Source: Chloroflexota bacterium
GTDB taxonomy: Bacteria > Chloroflexota > UBA5177 > JANWHV01
Assembly: GCA_035534995.1 (NCBI GenBank)
Contig: DATLQX010000150.1
Coordinates: 9,459-73,458, forward strand
Direction: 5' to 3'
Length of the DNA stretch: 64,000 bases
Shown: in pieces, positions 35,318-43,872 of the stretch
How positions within the stretch are numbered: position 1 is the stretch's first letter
How the letters are laid out: each line of letters begins with the position of its first letter
Program-made: the position numbers and the translations under genes
Notes under the pieces: model-generated
What the model was told of the DNA's origin: nothing
Seen by the model: only the letters and a program-made list of their open reading frames with translations
Database searches by the model: none

Positions 35318-36295
35318 GTGACAGTCCAGTCCTCTCGCAAGATTCTGATCACGGGCGGGGCCGGCTTTATTGGCTCGGCCCTGATCGCCCGCCTGATTGA
35401 ACGTTACCAGATAGTCGTCTTTGATACGCTGCAACGGAATGCCCTGGCGAAATCCGGACTGGCCGATCATCCCCATGTGCGAACCGTGCAAGGGGATGTC
35501 CTGGACCTGCCCGCGCTGGAGAGCGCGATGCGCGAGTGCTCCGCCGTCCTGCACCTCGCGGCGGTCGCGGGCGTCGACACCGTTATCCGCCAGCCTGTTC
35601 GTACCATGACCACTAATCTGGTCGGCACCCTCAATGTGCTGTCCGCTGCCCAGCGCCACGGTGGTATCGATCGCCTGGTCGCCTTTTCCACCAGTGAGGT
35701 CTTCGGCACGCATGCTTACAAGGTTGATGAGTTGCACGCTACCTCGCAAGGGAGGGTTGGCGAGGCTCGGTGGACCTACGCGGTGAGTAAACTTGCGGGC
35801 GAGCACATGGCGCATGCCTATTTTGATGAATACAGTTTGCCTATCGTGGTCGTGCGCCCTTTCAACATCTATGGTCCAGGCCAGATCGGCGAAGGCGCGA
35901 TCCATCACTTCACCGTCCGCGCCCTGCGAGGGGAGGATCTGGTCGTCCATGGGGACGGCTCGCAAATTCGTGCCTGGTGCTACATCGACGATCTCGTGGA
36001 TGGCACCCTCATGTGCCTGGAAGCGCCGAACGCGATAGGAAATACCTTTAACATTGGCAATCCTCGTTCAACCGTCACCATCTACGATCTGGCCGAACGA
36101 ATTATCCGCCTCGCCAACTCGCCGTCTCGGATTTCCTTCAAGCCGATCACCTATGCCGACATTGAACTACGGATCCCCGATGTCTCCAAGATGGAGAACA
36201 TGCTGGGCTATCGTGCCCAGATAAATCTGGATGACGGGCTTTCCCGAACCCTTGCCTGGTACCGCCGACAGCAACTTGACGCGGCGGGCGTTTAG
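35318..36295 (+). CDS. NAD-dependent nucleotide-sugar epimerase/dehydratase (extended SDR)
   Basis: KILITGGAGFIGSALIARL, STSEVFG and YAVSKLAGE (YxxxK) are present. GTG 35318 is chosen as the start because the ORF-track N-terminal extension has no homology features. Confidence 0.8.
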   Translation: MTVQSSRKILITGGAGFIGSALIARLIERYQIVVFDTLQRNALAKSGLADHPHVRTVQGDVLDLPALESAMRECSAVLHLAAVAGVDTVIRQPVRTMTTNLVGTLNVLSAAQRHGGIDRLVAFSTSEVFGTHAYKVDELHATSQGRVGEARWTYAVSKLAGEHMAHAYFDEYSLPIVVVRPFNIYGPGQIGEGAIHHFTVRALRGEDLVVHGDGSQIRAWCYIDDLVDGTLMCLEAPNAIGNTFNIGNPRSTVTIYDLAERIIRLANSPSRISFKPITYADIELRIPDVSKMENMLGYRAQINLDDGLSRTLAWYRRQQLDAAGV

Positions 36296-36299
36296 GCGG

Positions 36300-36839
36300 A
36301 TGCCAAGCCACGGGTCGGGGGCGTTCACCCTGGATCAGTTTCGCCGGCTCGGCCACAACGTGGTTTTCGAGCCTGGGGTGCTGGTCTTTCATCCAGAGAA
36401 CATCGAGATTGGGGATAACGTGTATGTTGGACACAACACGATTCTCAAGGGCTACTTTAAGAACTCAATGGTGATCGGTGCCGGTACCTGGATTGGCCAG
36501 CAATGCTTCCTTCATAGCGCGGGCGGCATCACCATCGGCGCCAATGCCGGGATCGGCCCAGCGGTGAGGATCATTACCTCTTCCCACGCGGACGAGGGCC
36601 GAGCGGTGCCGGTTCTCCACAGTGCCGTCGAATTTGCCCCAGTCACGATCGAGGATGATTCCGATCTTGGAGTGGGTTCCATCGTGCTCCCCGGGATCCG
36701 GGTCGGACGCGGAGCGATCGTGGGAGCCGGCGCGGTGGTCACCCGGTCCGTGCCCGCGTACGCGATTGTGGCGGGGACGCCCGCCCGGATACTGCGTTAT
36801 CGGCCCGGCTCGGAGGATGGAGGACATAATGGCGATTAG
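36300..36839 (+). CDS. Hexapeptide-repeat acyl/acetyltransferase
   Basis: LbH repeats are present: IEIGDNVYVGHN, ITIGANAGIGPAV and VTIEDDSDLGVGSIVLPGIRVGRGAIVGAGAVV. The ATG lies 5 nt after the upstream stop. Confidence 0.8.
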   Translation: MPSHGSGAFTLDQFRRLGHNVVFEPGVLVFHPENIEIGDNVYVGHNTILKGYFKNSMVIGAGTWIGQQCFLHSAGGITIGANAGIGPAVRIITSSHADEGRAVPVLHSAVEFAPVTIEDDSDLGVGSIVLPGIRVGRGAIVGAGAVVTRSVPAYAIVAGTPARILRYRPGSEDGGHNGD

Positions 36840-37950
36840 GCTGACCAAGCCGTATACCGATGAGGACGAGTTGCGCGAAATCGCGGGTGTGCTCGCATCG
36901 GGCCATCTCACCCAGGGTCCGAAAGTGGCGGAGTTCGAGGACGGCGTGGCCCAGGTCGTAGGCTGCAAGCACGCGATCGCGGTCAGTTCCGCCACCGCCG
37001 CCTTACATCTGGCCATGTGCGCGCTGGATATTGGACCAGGGGACCAGGTGGTAGTCGCGGACTTCACCTACCCCGCCACCGGCAACGTGGTCGCCCTCCG
37101 GGGCGCCATGCCGGTCCTGGCCGACATAGACCTGGAGCACTTCGGGATGGATCCGTCATCTCTCGAACCTCTCTTGAACGATCGTACTCGGGCCGTGATC
37201 GTGGTCCATCCTTTCGGGCTGGCCGCACCCATGACCGAGATTGTCGCGCTGTGCGGCGCTCGGGGTATCCCCATGATCGAGGATGCCGCCTGCGCCATCG
37301 GCGCCACCTATCTCGGCAGCCAGGTAGGCACGTTTGGGGCCATGGGGTGCTTTAGCTTCCACCCCAGAAAGGGGATTACCACCGGCGAGGGCGGCATGAT
37401 TACCACCAACGACGACCACCTTGCCGAGCGGGTCCGCCGATTGCGGAATCATGGCGCCGAGAAGTTGGACGGCTCTCTCGCCTTCGTGGAGGCCGGCTAT
37501 AACTACCGGATGAGCGACATTCTCGCCGCCGTGGGCGTGGCGCAGCTCCGCAAGCTCAACCATATCGTGGCGGCCCGCCGAGCCGTAGCCCACCGCTATA
37601 CCGCCGCTCTGGCCGATGTCCCAGGGCTCCGGTGCCCAGTCGAACCTAAGGGTGCGTTCCATACGTACCAATCGTATGTGCTCCTCTTGGATTCGGAATC
37701 CAATCGTGACTGGTTTCTCTCTGATCTCCGCTCTCGCGGGATCGAGTGCACAATTGGCACCTATGCGCTTCACGCGCAGCCCTTTTTCAGCCAGTCCTTT
37801 GGCTATACTCCCGGCCAATTGCCTCGGTCATGGCGGGCCTATACGAAGGCCGTCACCTTACCGCTCTTCGTGGGCATGACCGACGAAGAGATGGGCACGG
37901 TGATCGGCGCGGTCAAGGAAGCTGCCCACCCCTTACCGGCCCGCGGCTAG
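36829..37950 (+). CDS. DegT/DnrJ/EryC1/StrS family PLP-dependent sugar aminotransferase
   Basis: MAIRLTKPYTDEDELREIAGVLASGHLTQGPKV, SSATAALHLA and FSFHPRKGITTGEGGMI (PLP Lys) are present. GGAGGATGGAGGA lies upstream. It overlaps the acetyltransferase gene by 11 nt. Confidence 0.9.
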   Translation: MAIRLTKPYTDEDELREIAGVLASGHLTQGPKVAEFEDGVAQVVGCKHAIAVSSATAALHLAMCALDIGPGDQVVVADFTYPATGNVVALRGAMPVLADIDLEHFGMDPSSLEPLLNDRTRAVIVVHPFGLAAPMTEIVALCGARGIPMIEDAACAIGATYLGSQVGTFGAMGCFSFHPRKGITTGEGGMITTNDDHLAERVRRLRNHGAEKLDGSLAFVEAGYNYRMSDILAAVGVAQLRKLNHIVAARRAVAHRYTAALADVPGLRCPVEPKGAFHTYQSYVLLLDSESNRDWFLSDLRSRGIECTIGTYALHAQPFFSQSFGYTPGQLPRSWRAYTKAVTLPLFVGMTDEEMGTVIGAVKEAAHPLPARG

Positions 37951-38775
37951 CTTGAGCTGCGTCGCCACGCGCATGAGCCCGCCGGCAACAGGGCCATAGT
38001 GCCGAGTGTAAAAGCGCGCCAAGCCGTGGTAGTAGCGTCTCCGCCGCGCCCGATCCGCTGCAGTCGGCCGGTTGAAGTGTTCAACCGCCGCGCCTGGAAC
38101 GAAGGCGACTCCCCAGCCGCGAGCCCGGAGTCTTCGGCAGAGGTCGTTGTCCTCGAAATACATGAAGATTGTTTCATCCAACAAGCCAATGCTCTGTAGC
38201 GAGGCGGCACGAATCATCAGGCAGGTGCCTGCGACCCAGTCCGCGGGCCGTGGCTGCTTGCCTGCCCAGTCGTGCAGTTCACGTCCGCGCCGGTGGGCAA
38301 TCGCCCGGCGCAAGAGGTAAATCGGCGAGGGATCGCGGCCATAGGAGAATGCTTGTGCTGTCCCATCAGGCGTGACTAACCGGGGACCGCATGCCCCAAC
38401 TCGGGGATAGGCGCGCAGGTGATCACGAAGGATTGCGAGTGTATCGGAGCGCACCACGGCATCGGCATTCAACAAACAGATTGTCTCGGCGGCCAGCGAC
38501 CACAGACCCAGGTTATTCCCGGCGGCGAAGCCGATGTTCCCGCCCGCCCGCAAAAACACGGCTCGGCCGGGATCGGAGTCAGCGTATGCCTCCAGCTCCA
38601 GGTCACTGCCGTCCGTTGAGGCGTTGTCCACCACCACGAGCCCCACCCTTACCCCCGCGGAACGCAGGACCGCCTCGGCGGCGGCACGGGCCAGATCCCC
38701 TCCGTTGAAATTCAACATAACCACGCAGACATCGAACTCCATCTGGGTGTCCGCGGCTCCCGCGTGCCTATCCAT
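37933..38775 (-). CDS. Family 2 glycosyltransferase
   Basis: VCVVMLNFNGG, VVVDNASTDGS, NIGFAAGNNLG and LLNADAVV (DxD-type region) are present. The start is ATG 38775 or 38742. Its 3' end overlaps the convergent aminotransferase gene by 18 nt. Confidence 0.8.
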   Translation of the reverse strand: MDRHAGAADTQMEFDVCVVMLNFNGGDLARAAAEAVLRSAGVRVGLVVVDNASTDGSDLELEAYADSDPGRAVFLRAGGNIGFAAGNNLGLWSLAAETICLLNADAVVRSDTLAILRDHLRAYPRVGACGPRLVTPDGTAQAFSYGRDPSPIYLLRRAIAHRRGRELHDWAGKQPRPADWVAGTCLMIRAASLQSIGLLDETIFMYFEDNDLCRRLRARGWGVAFVPGAAVEHFNRPTAADRARRRRYYHGLARFYTRHYGPVAGGLMRVATQLKLAAGR

Positions 38776-38783
38776 CGCCGCTC

Positions 38784-40775
38784 CTACACTGGTGAGGCGG
38801 CCGGCGTTCCCGCCGGGTGAATGGTGGACGGCTGATCGATAAAGACCTTCAGCCAGCACGCCAGATTGACGAACCGCCAGACCAGGCTGGTGTCGCTCGC
38901 ATCTCCGTTCGCGAAGGTGGTAAAGACCTCGCGGGCCGCCTCGGGCTGGACGAACTGGCTGAATGACGGCGGCGGATCGGCCAGCAGCCGCTCGCATTCT
39001 TCTCTGGCCGGACCGCGGAGCCAGGCCGCTTCGGGCGTGTTGAAACCGAGTTTATCGCGGCGAGTCCAGACCTCCTCCGGCACCCACTTCCGCGCCACGC
39101 GCCGCAGGGTGCGTTTGCTCAAGCCGTCCTCGATCCTGAACGCATTGGGACGGCGGAACACGTACTCCACCAGCCGATAGTCCAGAAACGGCACCCGTGA
39201 CTCCACCCCAAAGGCCATTGAGTTGCGGTCCTCGTAGCGGAGAAGGGCAGGCAGGCTGGCCTTGGTGAATAGCCAGTGGGTGGCCGAGGGCAGGAATCCA
39301 GGTACTTCGTGCGAATAGAGCGTGGGCGGGGACCACTTGTTGGCGCGCGCCCAGTCGACCTGATCGGGCGCCATCCACGACGGAAGACCGTCCAGGGCGT
39401 GCGGCCGCCGGTGGCGAGGATTTCGTAGCCATGAATGCCGGGTCCGCAATGCCCGCGCGGTGAGGCGGGCGCCGGTGCCGAAACGGTCGCCGAAGTTCCG
39501 TTGGTAGAGATCAATCTCGCGCGCCAAATCACGGATCCGGCCATGGGTCAGCAGATCGGCGAAAAAGGGACCAAAGTAGCCGACATATCCACACAGCAAC
39601 TCGTCCGCTCCCTGGCCGTCCAGCAACACCTTTACCCCATGCGCCTGGGCCAGCCGCATCACCTCCCATTGCGCGAAGATACTGGAGGACAAAAAGGGCT
39701 CGTCCTGATGCCAAACAACACGGTCGAGTTGCCGAGCCAGATCCTCTCCCCGGGGGTAGGTATATTGGGGCTCGACGCCGGTTTGCCGAACCACCGCCTC
39801 CATGAAACGGCGCTCGTCGATCCGCTGGTCATCGAAGCAGGCCGAGAAGGTCATCTGCCGCTCACCACCGCGTCGCCAGGTTTCTCTCACCGCCTCGGTG
39901 TCCGCCCGATCCGGAAACAGCAGGCGGTTGACCATACAGACAATGGTCGATGAATCGATGCCGCCGCTCAGACAACTGCCAACAGTCACATCACTCCGTA
40001 AACGGAGGCGGACACTATCAAGGAGAAGGGCCTCGAATTCTTCCTCCCACTCGGTCCGCCCCGCCTTGGTGGAGCGGCCGCCTACCGGATCTTCGTTCCG
40101 CGGTAACTCCCAATATCTGCGGAGCGATCGATGCCCTGGTCCGATCGTAATGGTGTGGCCGGCGGGAAGGACTTGAATATCCTTGAAGAACGTTTCGTCG
40201 GTATGATCGACCAGCGCCACGGTCAGAAAGTCCATAACGCGCGCCTCATTGGGCTCGGTTCGCACCCAGGGTAAGGCGAGCAGGGCCTTGATCTCCGAGG
40301 CAAAGGCAAATCGACCTGCCCGCTCGACAAAGAAGAGTGGTTTCACCCCGCAACGGTCGCGGGCGCAAAACAGGCGCCCCCTATGCGCGTCCCAAATCGC
40401 GAAGGCAAACATTCCGTTGAAGCGCTCCACACAGCGCTCGCCGTACTCCTCATAGGCATGGAGAATGACCTCGGTATCGGCCATGGAGCGGAAGTGGTGA
40501 CCACGAGCAACCAGGTCAGGGATCAACTCACGGTAGTTGTAGATCTCTCCGTTGTAGGTAAGCCACATCGTGTGATCCTCGTTTGGCATCGGCCCATGCC
40601 CCGCCGGGGACAGGTCGAGAATCGACAAACGACGATGCGCCAGCCCAGCGGCCGGCGCGTGGAAGATGCCGCTATCGTCGGGCCCACGGTGGGCCAATCT
40701 CATTCCCAGCCGGTCCAGGTGGTCACGCTCGACCGGTATCCCGTCGAGCGACATGATCCCGGCAATCCCACACAC
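38784..40775 (-). CDS. Asparagine synthase (glutamine-hydrolysing) family amidotransferase
   Basis: The N-terminal nucleophile motif MCGIAGI, LAHRGPDD, the YNGEIYN region and the PP-loop SCLSGGIDSS are present. The GTG start overlaps the upstream stop by 1 nt. Confidence 0.9.
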   Translation of the reverse strand: MCGIAGIMSLDGIPVERDHLDRLGMRLAHRGPDDSGIFHAPAAGLAHRRLSILDLSPAGHGPMPNEDHTMWLTYNGEIYNYRELIPDLVARGHHFRSMADTEVILHAYEEYGERCVERFNGMFAFAIWDAHRGRLFCARDRCGVKPLFFVERAGRFAFASEIKALLALPWVRTEPNEARVMDFLTVALVDHTDETFFKDIQVLPAGHTITIGPGHRSLRRYWELPRNEDPVGGRSTKAGRTEWEEEFEALLLDSVRLRLRSDVTVGSCLSGGIDSSTIVCMVNRLLFPDRADTEAVRETWRRGGERQMTFSACFDDQRIDERRFMEAVVRQTGVEPQYTYPRGEDLARQLDRVVWHQDEPFLSSSIFAQWEVMRLAQAHGVKVLLDGQGADELLCGYVGYFGPFFADLLTHGRIRDLAREIDLYQRNFGDRFGTGARLTARALRTRHSWLRNPRHRRPHALDGLPSWMAPDQVDWARANKWSPPTLYSHEVPGFLPSATHWLFTKASLPALLRYEDRNSMAFGVESRVPFLDYRLVEYVFRRPNAFRIEDGLSKRTLRRVARKWVPEEVWTRRDKLGFNTPEAAWLRGPAREECERLLADPPPSFSQFVQPEAAREVFTTFANGDASDTSLVWRFVNLACWLKVFIDQPSTIHPAGTPAASPV

Positions 40776-42343
40776 TAGCTGCCATCCTTTCCCGACAATC
40801 CCGTCCGCCGCCGCGCGAACCGCTTGCCCATGGTCAGTAATCGCGCGTAGACGGTGCGCAATTTTGCTTGCTCGGTCTCGGCATTGTAGCGATCGCGCGC
40901 CGCCGCGAGCGCGCGCGTCCTCATGGTGGAGAGCATGTCCGGGTCCGCCGCCAGTTGCCTCAGGGCGCCAGCGAGCGCCTCGCGATCTCCGGGCGGCACC
41001 AGGAGGCCGCAGCCTGTCTGAAGAACGATGGCCCTGAGCACGGGCAGGTCACTGCAAATGACCGCCAGCCCCGCGCTCATATATTCAAAGAGCTTGTTGG
41101 GGGAGCACAGCTCATAACTCATTCCCTTGGGGAGAATAGGGACCAGTCCAACCGCGAATCCCTTGAGCGCCGACACCATTCCAGCCATCGGCACCGGGTC
41201 GAGCACGGACACCCGATCTTCCACGGCGAGTTCCCTGATCTGGGCCTTCAGGCCCGGTCTCAGGCTCCCAGGCCCGCGAAGGACCAGGCTTATCCCTGGG
41301 GTAGCCGCCACCGCGTCAAGTACCTCGGCCAGCCCACGGTTTGGCACAAGCACGCCCTGATAGATGGCTCGCAAGGGCGCCTTCGGCTCAATCGTGGGCG
41401 GTTCCCTGAGGTCCGGGGCCTCCGGGCAGTTCATCACAACCGCCGGGGGCGCGATCCCATAGCGAGCCGCCAACTCGTCAGCGATGGCCCCATTGACGGT
41501 GAGCACGGCGTCGGAACGGCGGATCAGGAAACGCTCCAGCCATCCTTGTAAGCGGCGGTAAAAGGGCGTCCACTCCGTATCCTGCTCCACCCACAACTCA
41601 TGGCTGTCGTACAGCAGGCGAGCCTGCCACGCCCTGGCCAGGAGGAAACCGGCCGGCAGGACGTTGAGGTCGTTGGCGTGCACCACGGCGGCGCCGATAG
41701 AGCGAAACTGACGGAAAATGGTCAGGTTCCAATACAGCAGGCGACCAAAGTCCCAGAGGTCATGAACCGTGCCGCCAATTCGCCGCGCAACCTGTGAGCG
41801 TATCTGGTATTCGTGGCAGTGCGTACCGCCTGGGAGCGCGAGCATCTTGCGCGCACTAGCGCGCCAGCGCCAGGGACGACGTTCCTGCTCCCCAGAGAAC
41901 CCATATCCACCGACCGAACCGTCTTCCGCGAGCGCGGACGGGGGCGAGCCGGGTACCCACTTGCGGATATCTCGCGCTCCCAGGGCGTGTTGCCCGGCGC
42001 CAAGATCGCGGGTTGGGCCAGCCCGCCCACCGGATCGTTTCCGCCCCCACCGCCGGAGGCGCCCGATGATGGTCATCCGTGGTCCGCTCTCGTAAACGTC
42101 CGCCCCGCCAACCCTGGCGCCCCACCTGTGCCCGCCTGGGCCTGGCGGCACGTCGGCGCAGAGCACGGCCGCCCGGCACCCCATCGCGACAATCGTCCCC
42201 ACCTGCCGGCTGACCCTCGGATCCTGCTCCAGCCGGTTATGGACTAGCACCACGATTCGCGGCGCCGCCCCAGATGACCGAACCGTGGGCGGTCTATCCA
42301 TATCGACCCCCGGCCGGGCCGCCTGGAACGCCTTCCGATCCAT
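40775..42343 (-). CDS. Family 4 (GT-B) glycosyltransferase with an extended Arg/Gly-rich linker in the N-domain
   Basis: RIVVLVHNRLEQDPRVSRQVGTIVAMG, VVHANDLNVLPAGFLLA, LLYDSHELW and the C-terminal EX7E-type region (PNKLFEYMSAGLAVICSD) are present. ATG 42343 lies 8 nt after the flippase stop. The ORF-track start at 42640 overlaps the flippase gene and is rejected. Confidence 0.75.
   Translation of the reverse strand: MDRKAFQAARPGVDMDRPPTVRSSGAAPRIVVLVHNRLEQDPRVSRQVGTIVAMGCRAAVLCADVPPGPGGHRWGARVGGADVYESGPRMTIIGRLRRWGRKRSGGRAGPTRDLGAGQHALGARDIRKWVPGSPPSALAEDGSVGGYGFSGEQERRPWRWRASARKMLALPGGTHCHEYQIRSQVARRIGGTVHDLWDFGRLLYWNLTIFRQFRSIGAAVVHANDLNVLPAGFLLARAWQARLLYDSHELWVEQDTEWTPFYRRLQGWLERFLIRRSDAVLTVNGAIADELAARYGIAPPAVVMNCPEAPDLREPPTIEPKAPLRAIYQGVLVPNRGLAEVLDAVAATPGISLVLRGPGSLRPGLKAQIRELAVEDRVSVLDPVPMAGMVSALKGFAVGLVPILPKGMSYELCSPNKLFEYMSAGLAVICSDLPVLRAIVLQTGCGLLVPPGDREALAGALRQLAADPDMLSTMRTRALAAARDRYNAETEQAKLRTVYARLLTMGKRFARRRTGLSGKDGS
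41829..41857 (+). repeat. Copy A of a 29-nt dispersed repeat (27/29 identical to 60311-60339)
   Basis: CCTGGGAGCGCGAGCATCTTG is identical at 41829-41849 and 60311-60331. Two mismatches follow, then CGCACT is identical again. Copy A lies inside the GT4 coding sequence. Confidence 0.8.
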
Positions 42344-42351
42344 GGTAGCGC

Positions 42352-43833
42352 TCACTTTCGCCTGGCCCGTACGCGGAGTGCGCGGGTCACGATCCCCACC
42401 TCGTACGGCTGAATGACCCCGCACGACAGTAACAGTACCGGATAGGCGACCATGAGCGCCGCCTCGATGAGCAACCCTGATGGGGACGTCGCCTTGACGA
42501 ATCCGTGCGAGACCTGTCCCAGGATCACCAGCATGGCCAAGATGGCAACGCTGGGAAATACCCGCTTGAGTTCGAATGGGATGGGGTAGAGGCGCTGGGA
42601 TACCCAGTACACCAGCCAGACGAGGATCGCGTTGCCACAAAGGATCGCCAGAGCCCCGCCCACCAGGGAAAAATAGGGAAGCGGGACGACAAATACGTTC
42701 ACTGCCACGGTCACCGCCCCACCCGCCACCGTAGGCCAGGTAAGGTGAATCGTCTTCTTGCTCAGGCTGGTGCCCACCGCGACGATATAATACGCGCCCG
42801 TGATTAAGTAGCTCATGGTAAGGAAGGGCACTACCTGGTAGGCACGCGCGTAGGCGGGCCGCCCCACTTCGAGGATCAGGGGCGCGAAAAGACTGAGAAC
42901 GAGGGCGAACCAGCCCATAACCGCTACGTAATAGGTCAGCACCCGCGCGTAGGTTCGGCGCGCGTCGGGCTCCTCCGAAATGCTAAAGGCGAACGGTCCC
43001 CAGGCCAGCGAGAAGGCGGTAACGGCCAGCAGCATGAGCTGTGCTACCTTGCTCCCGGCGGAAAAGAGGCCCGCGTCCGGTAGGCCCGTATGAGCTTTGA
43101 TAAAGAAGCGGCTACTCTGACCTATCGCCCAGGACGCGGCCGAGATTGGCACCAACGGCACCCCGTAGGCAAGGATCGCCCGCAGCATTCGCGGTGAGAA
43201 CCGTCGCGACAAGCGCCCACGTACCGCCCACATAGCCGCGATAAACGCCACGACGTTGGTGAGCGCGCTCGACACATACACTCCAGTCAAGCCTCCATGC
43301 ATGGCGACGACCACCACCAGTGTGAGGATGAACCCGGTGAGTATATTGACCGCCGACACCAGCAGATAGCGGCGGGGGCGGAGTTGCAACCGGAGAATCT
43401 CAAGCCCATAGCCGAAACTGGAACTCAGGGGGAAAACCGCCGCGACAAGCTGAAAATAGATCTTATCGTGTGGGTCGGGGCCGAGAACCACCTGGCCCAG
43501 GGGACCGGAGAGTAGGAATAAACACAGTCCGGCGAGCGTATTCAGGGCGAACTGAAAATAGAGCCAGGTTGAAATCAAGGCCCGCTTGCTCTCTTCATCC
43601 TTCTGCCGGTAGAAGTAGAAAGCCACCGCTGAGTCGGACCCTAGAATCAGAATGGCGCCAATGATCGACGTGAATCCAGTCACCAAATCGATTACCGCGT
43701 AGTCGGCGGGCGTAAAGATGTGGAGAAGGATCGGCACGATGATCAAGCCCACCACCTTGGTGAGCGCCCCCGACAAGCCATAGACAAGGGACTGTGAGGA
43801 CAGGGTGCGCATCCGAGACCGGAGGGTGATCAT
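42352..43833 (-). CDS. Wzx-like oligosaccharide flippase (MOP/polysaccharide biosynthesis protein family)
   Basis: 493 aa with ~12-14 TM helices. The N-terminus SLVYGLSGALTKVVGLIIVPILLHIFTPADYAV is typical of Wzx-type proteins. Confidence 0.8.
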   Translation of the reverse strand: MITLRSRMRTLSSQSLVYGLSGALTKVVGLIIVPILLHIFTPADYAVIDLVTGFTSIIGAILILGSDSAVAFYFYRQKDEESKRALISTWLYFQFALNTLAGLCLFLLSGPLGQVVLGPDPHDKIYFQLVAAVFPLSSSFGYGLEILRLQLRPRRYLLVSAVNILTGFILTLVVVVAMHGGLTGVYVSSALTNVVAFIAAMWAVRGRLSRRFSPRMLRAILAYGVPLVPISAASWAIGQSSRFFIKAHTGLPDAGLFSAGSKVAQLMLLAVTAFSLAWGPFAFSISEEPDARRTYARVLTYYVAVMGWFALVLSLFAPLILEVGRPAYARAYQVVPFLTMSYLITGAYYIVAVGTSLSKKTIHLTWPTVAGGAVTVAVNVFVVPLPYFSLVGGALAILCGNAILVWLVYWVSQRLYPIPFELKRVFPSVAILAMLVILGQVSHGFVKATSPSGLLIEAALMVAYPVLLLSCGVIQPYEVGIVTRALRVRARRK

Positions 43834-43872
43834 GGGATTAAATGTACCCGGATTCCCTGGTTCCGGCCCTCC

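Noticed and set aside
42344-42640. 99-aa N-terminal extension of the GT4 ORF
   Set aside because: It overlaps the 3' end of the Wzx-like gene. ATG 42343 lies 8 nt after that gene's stop and precedes the conserved GT4 N-terminus.
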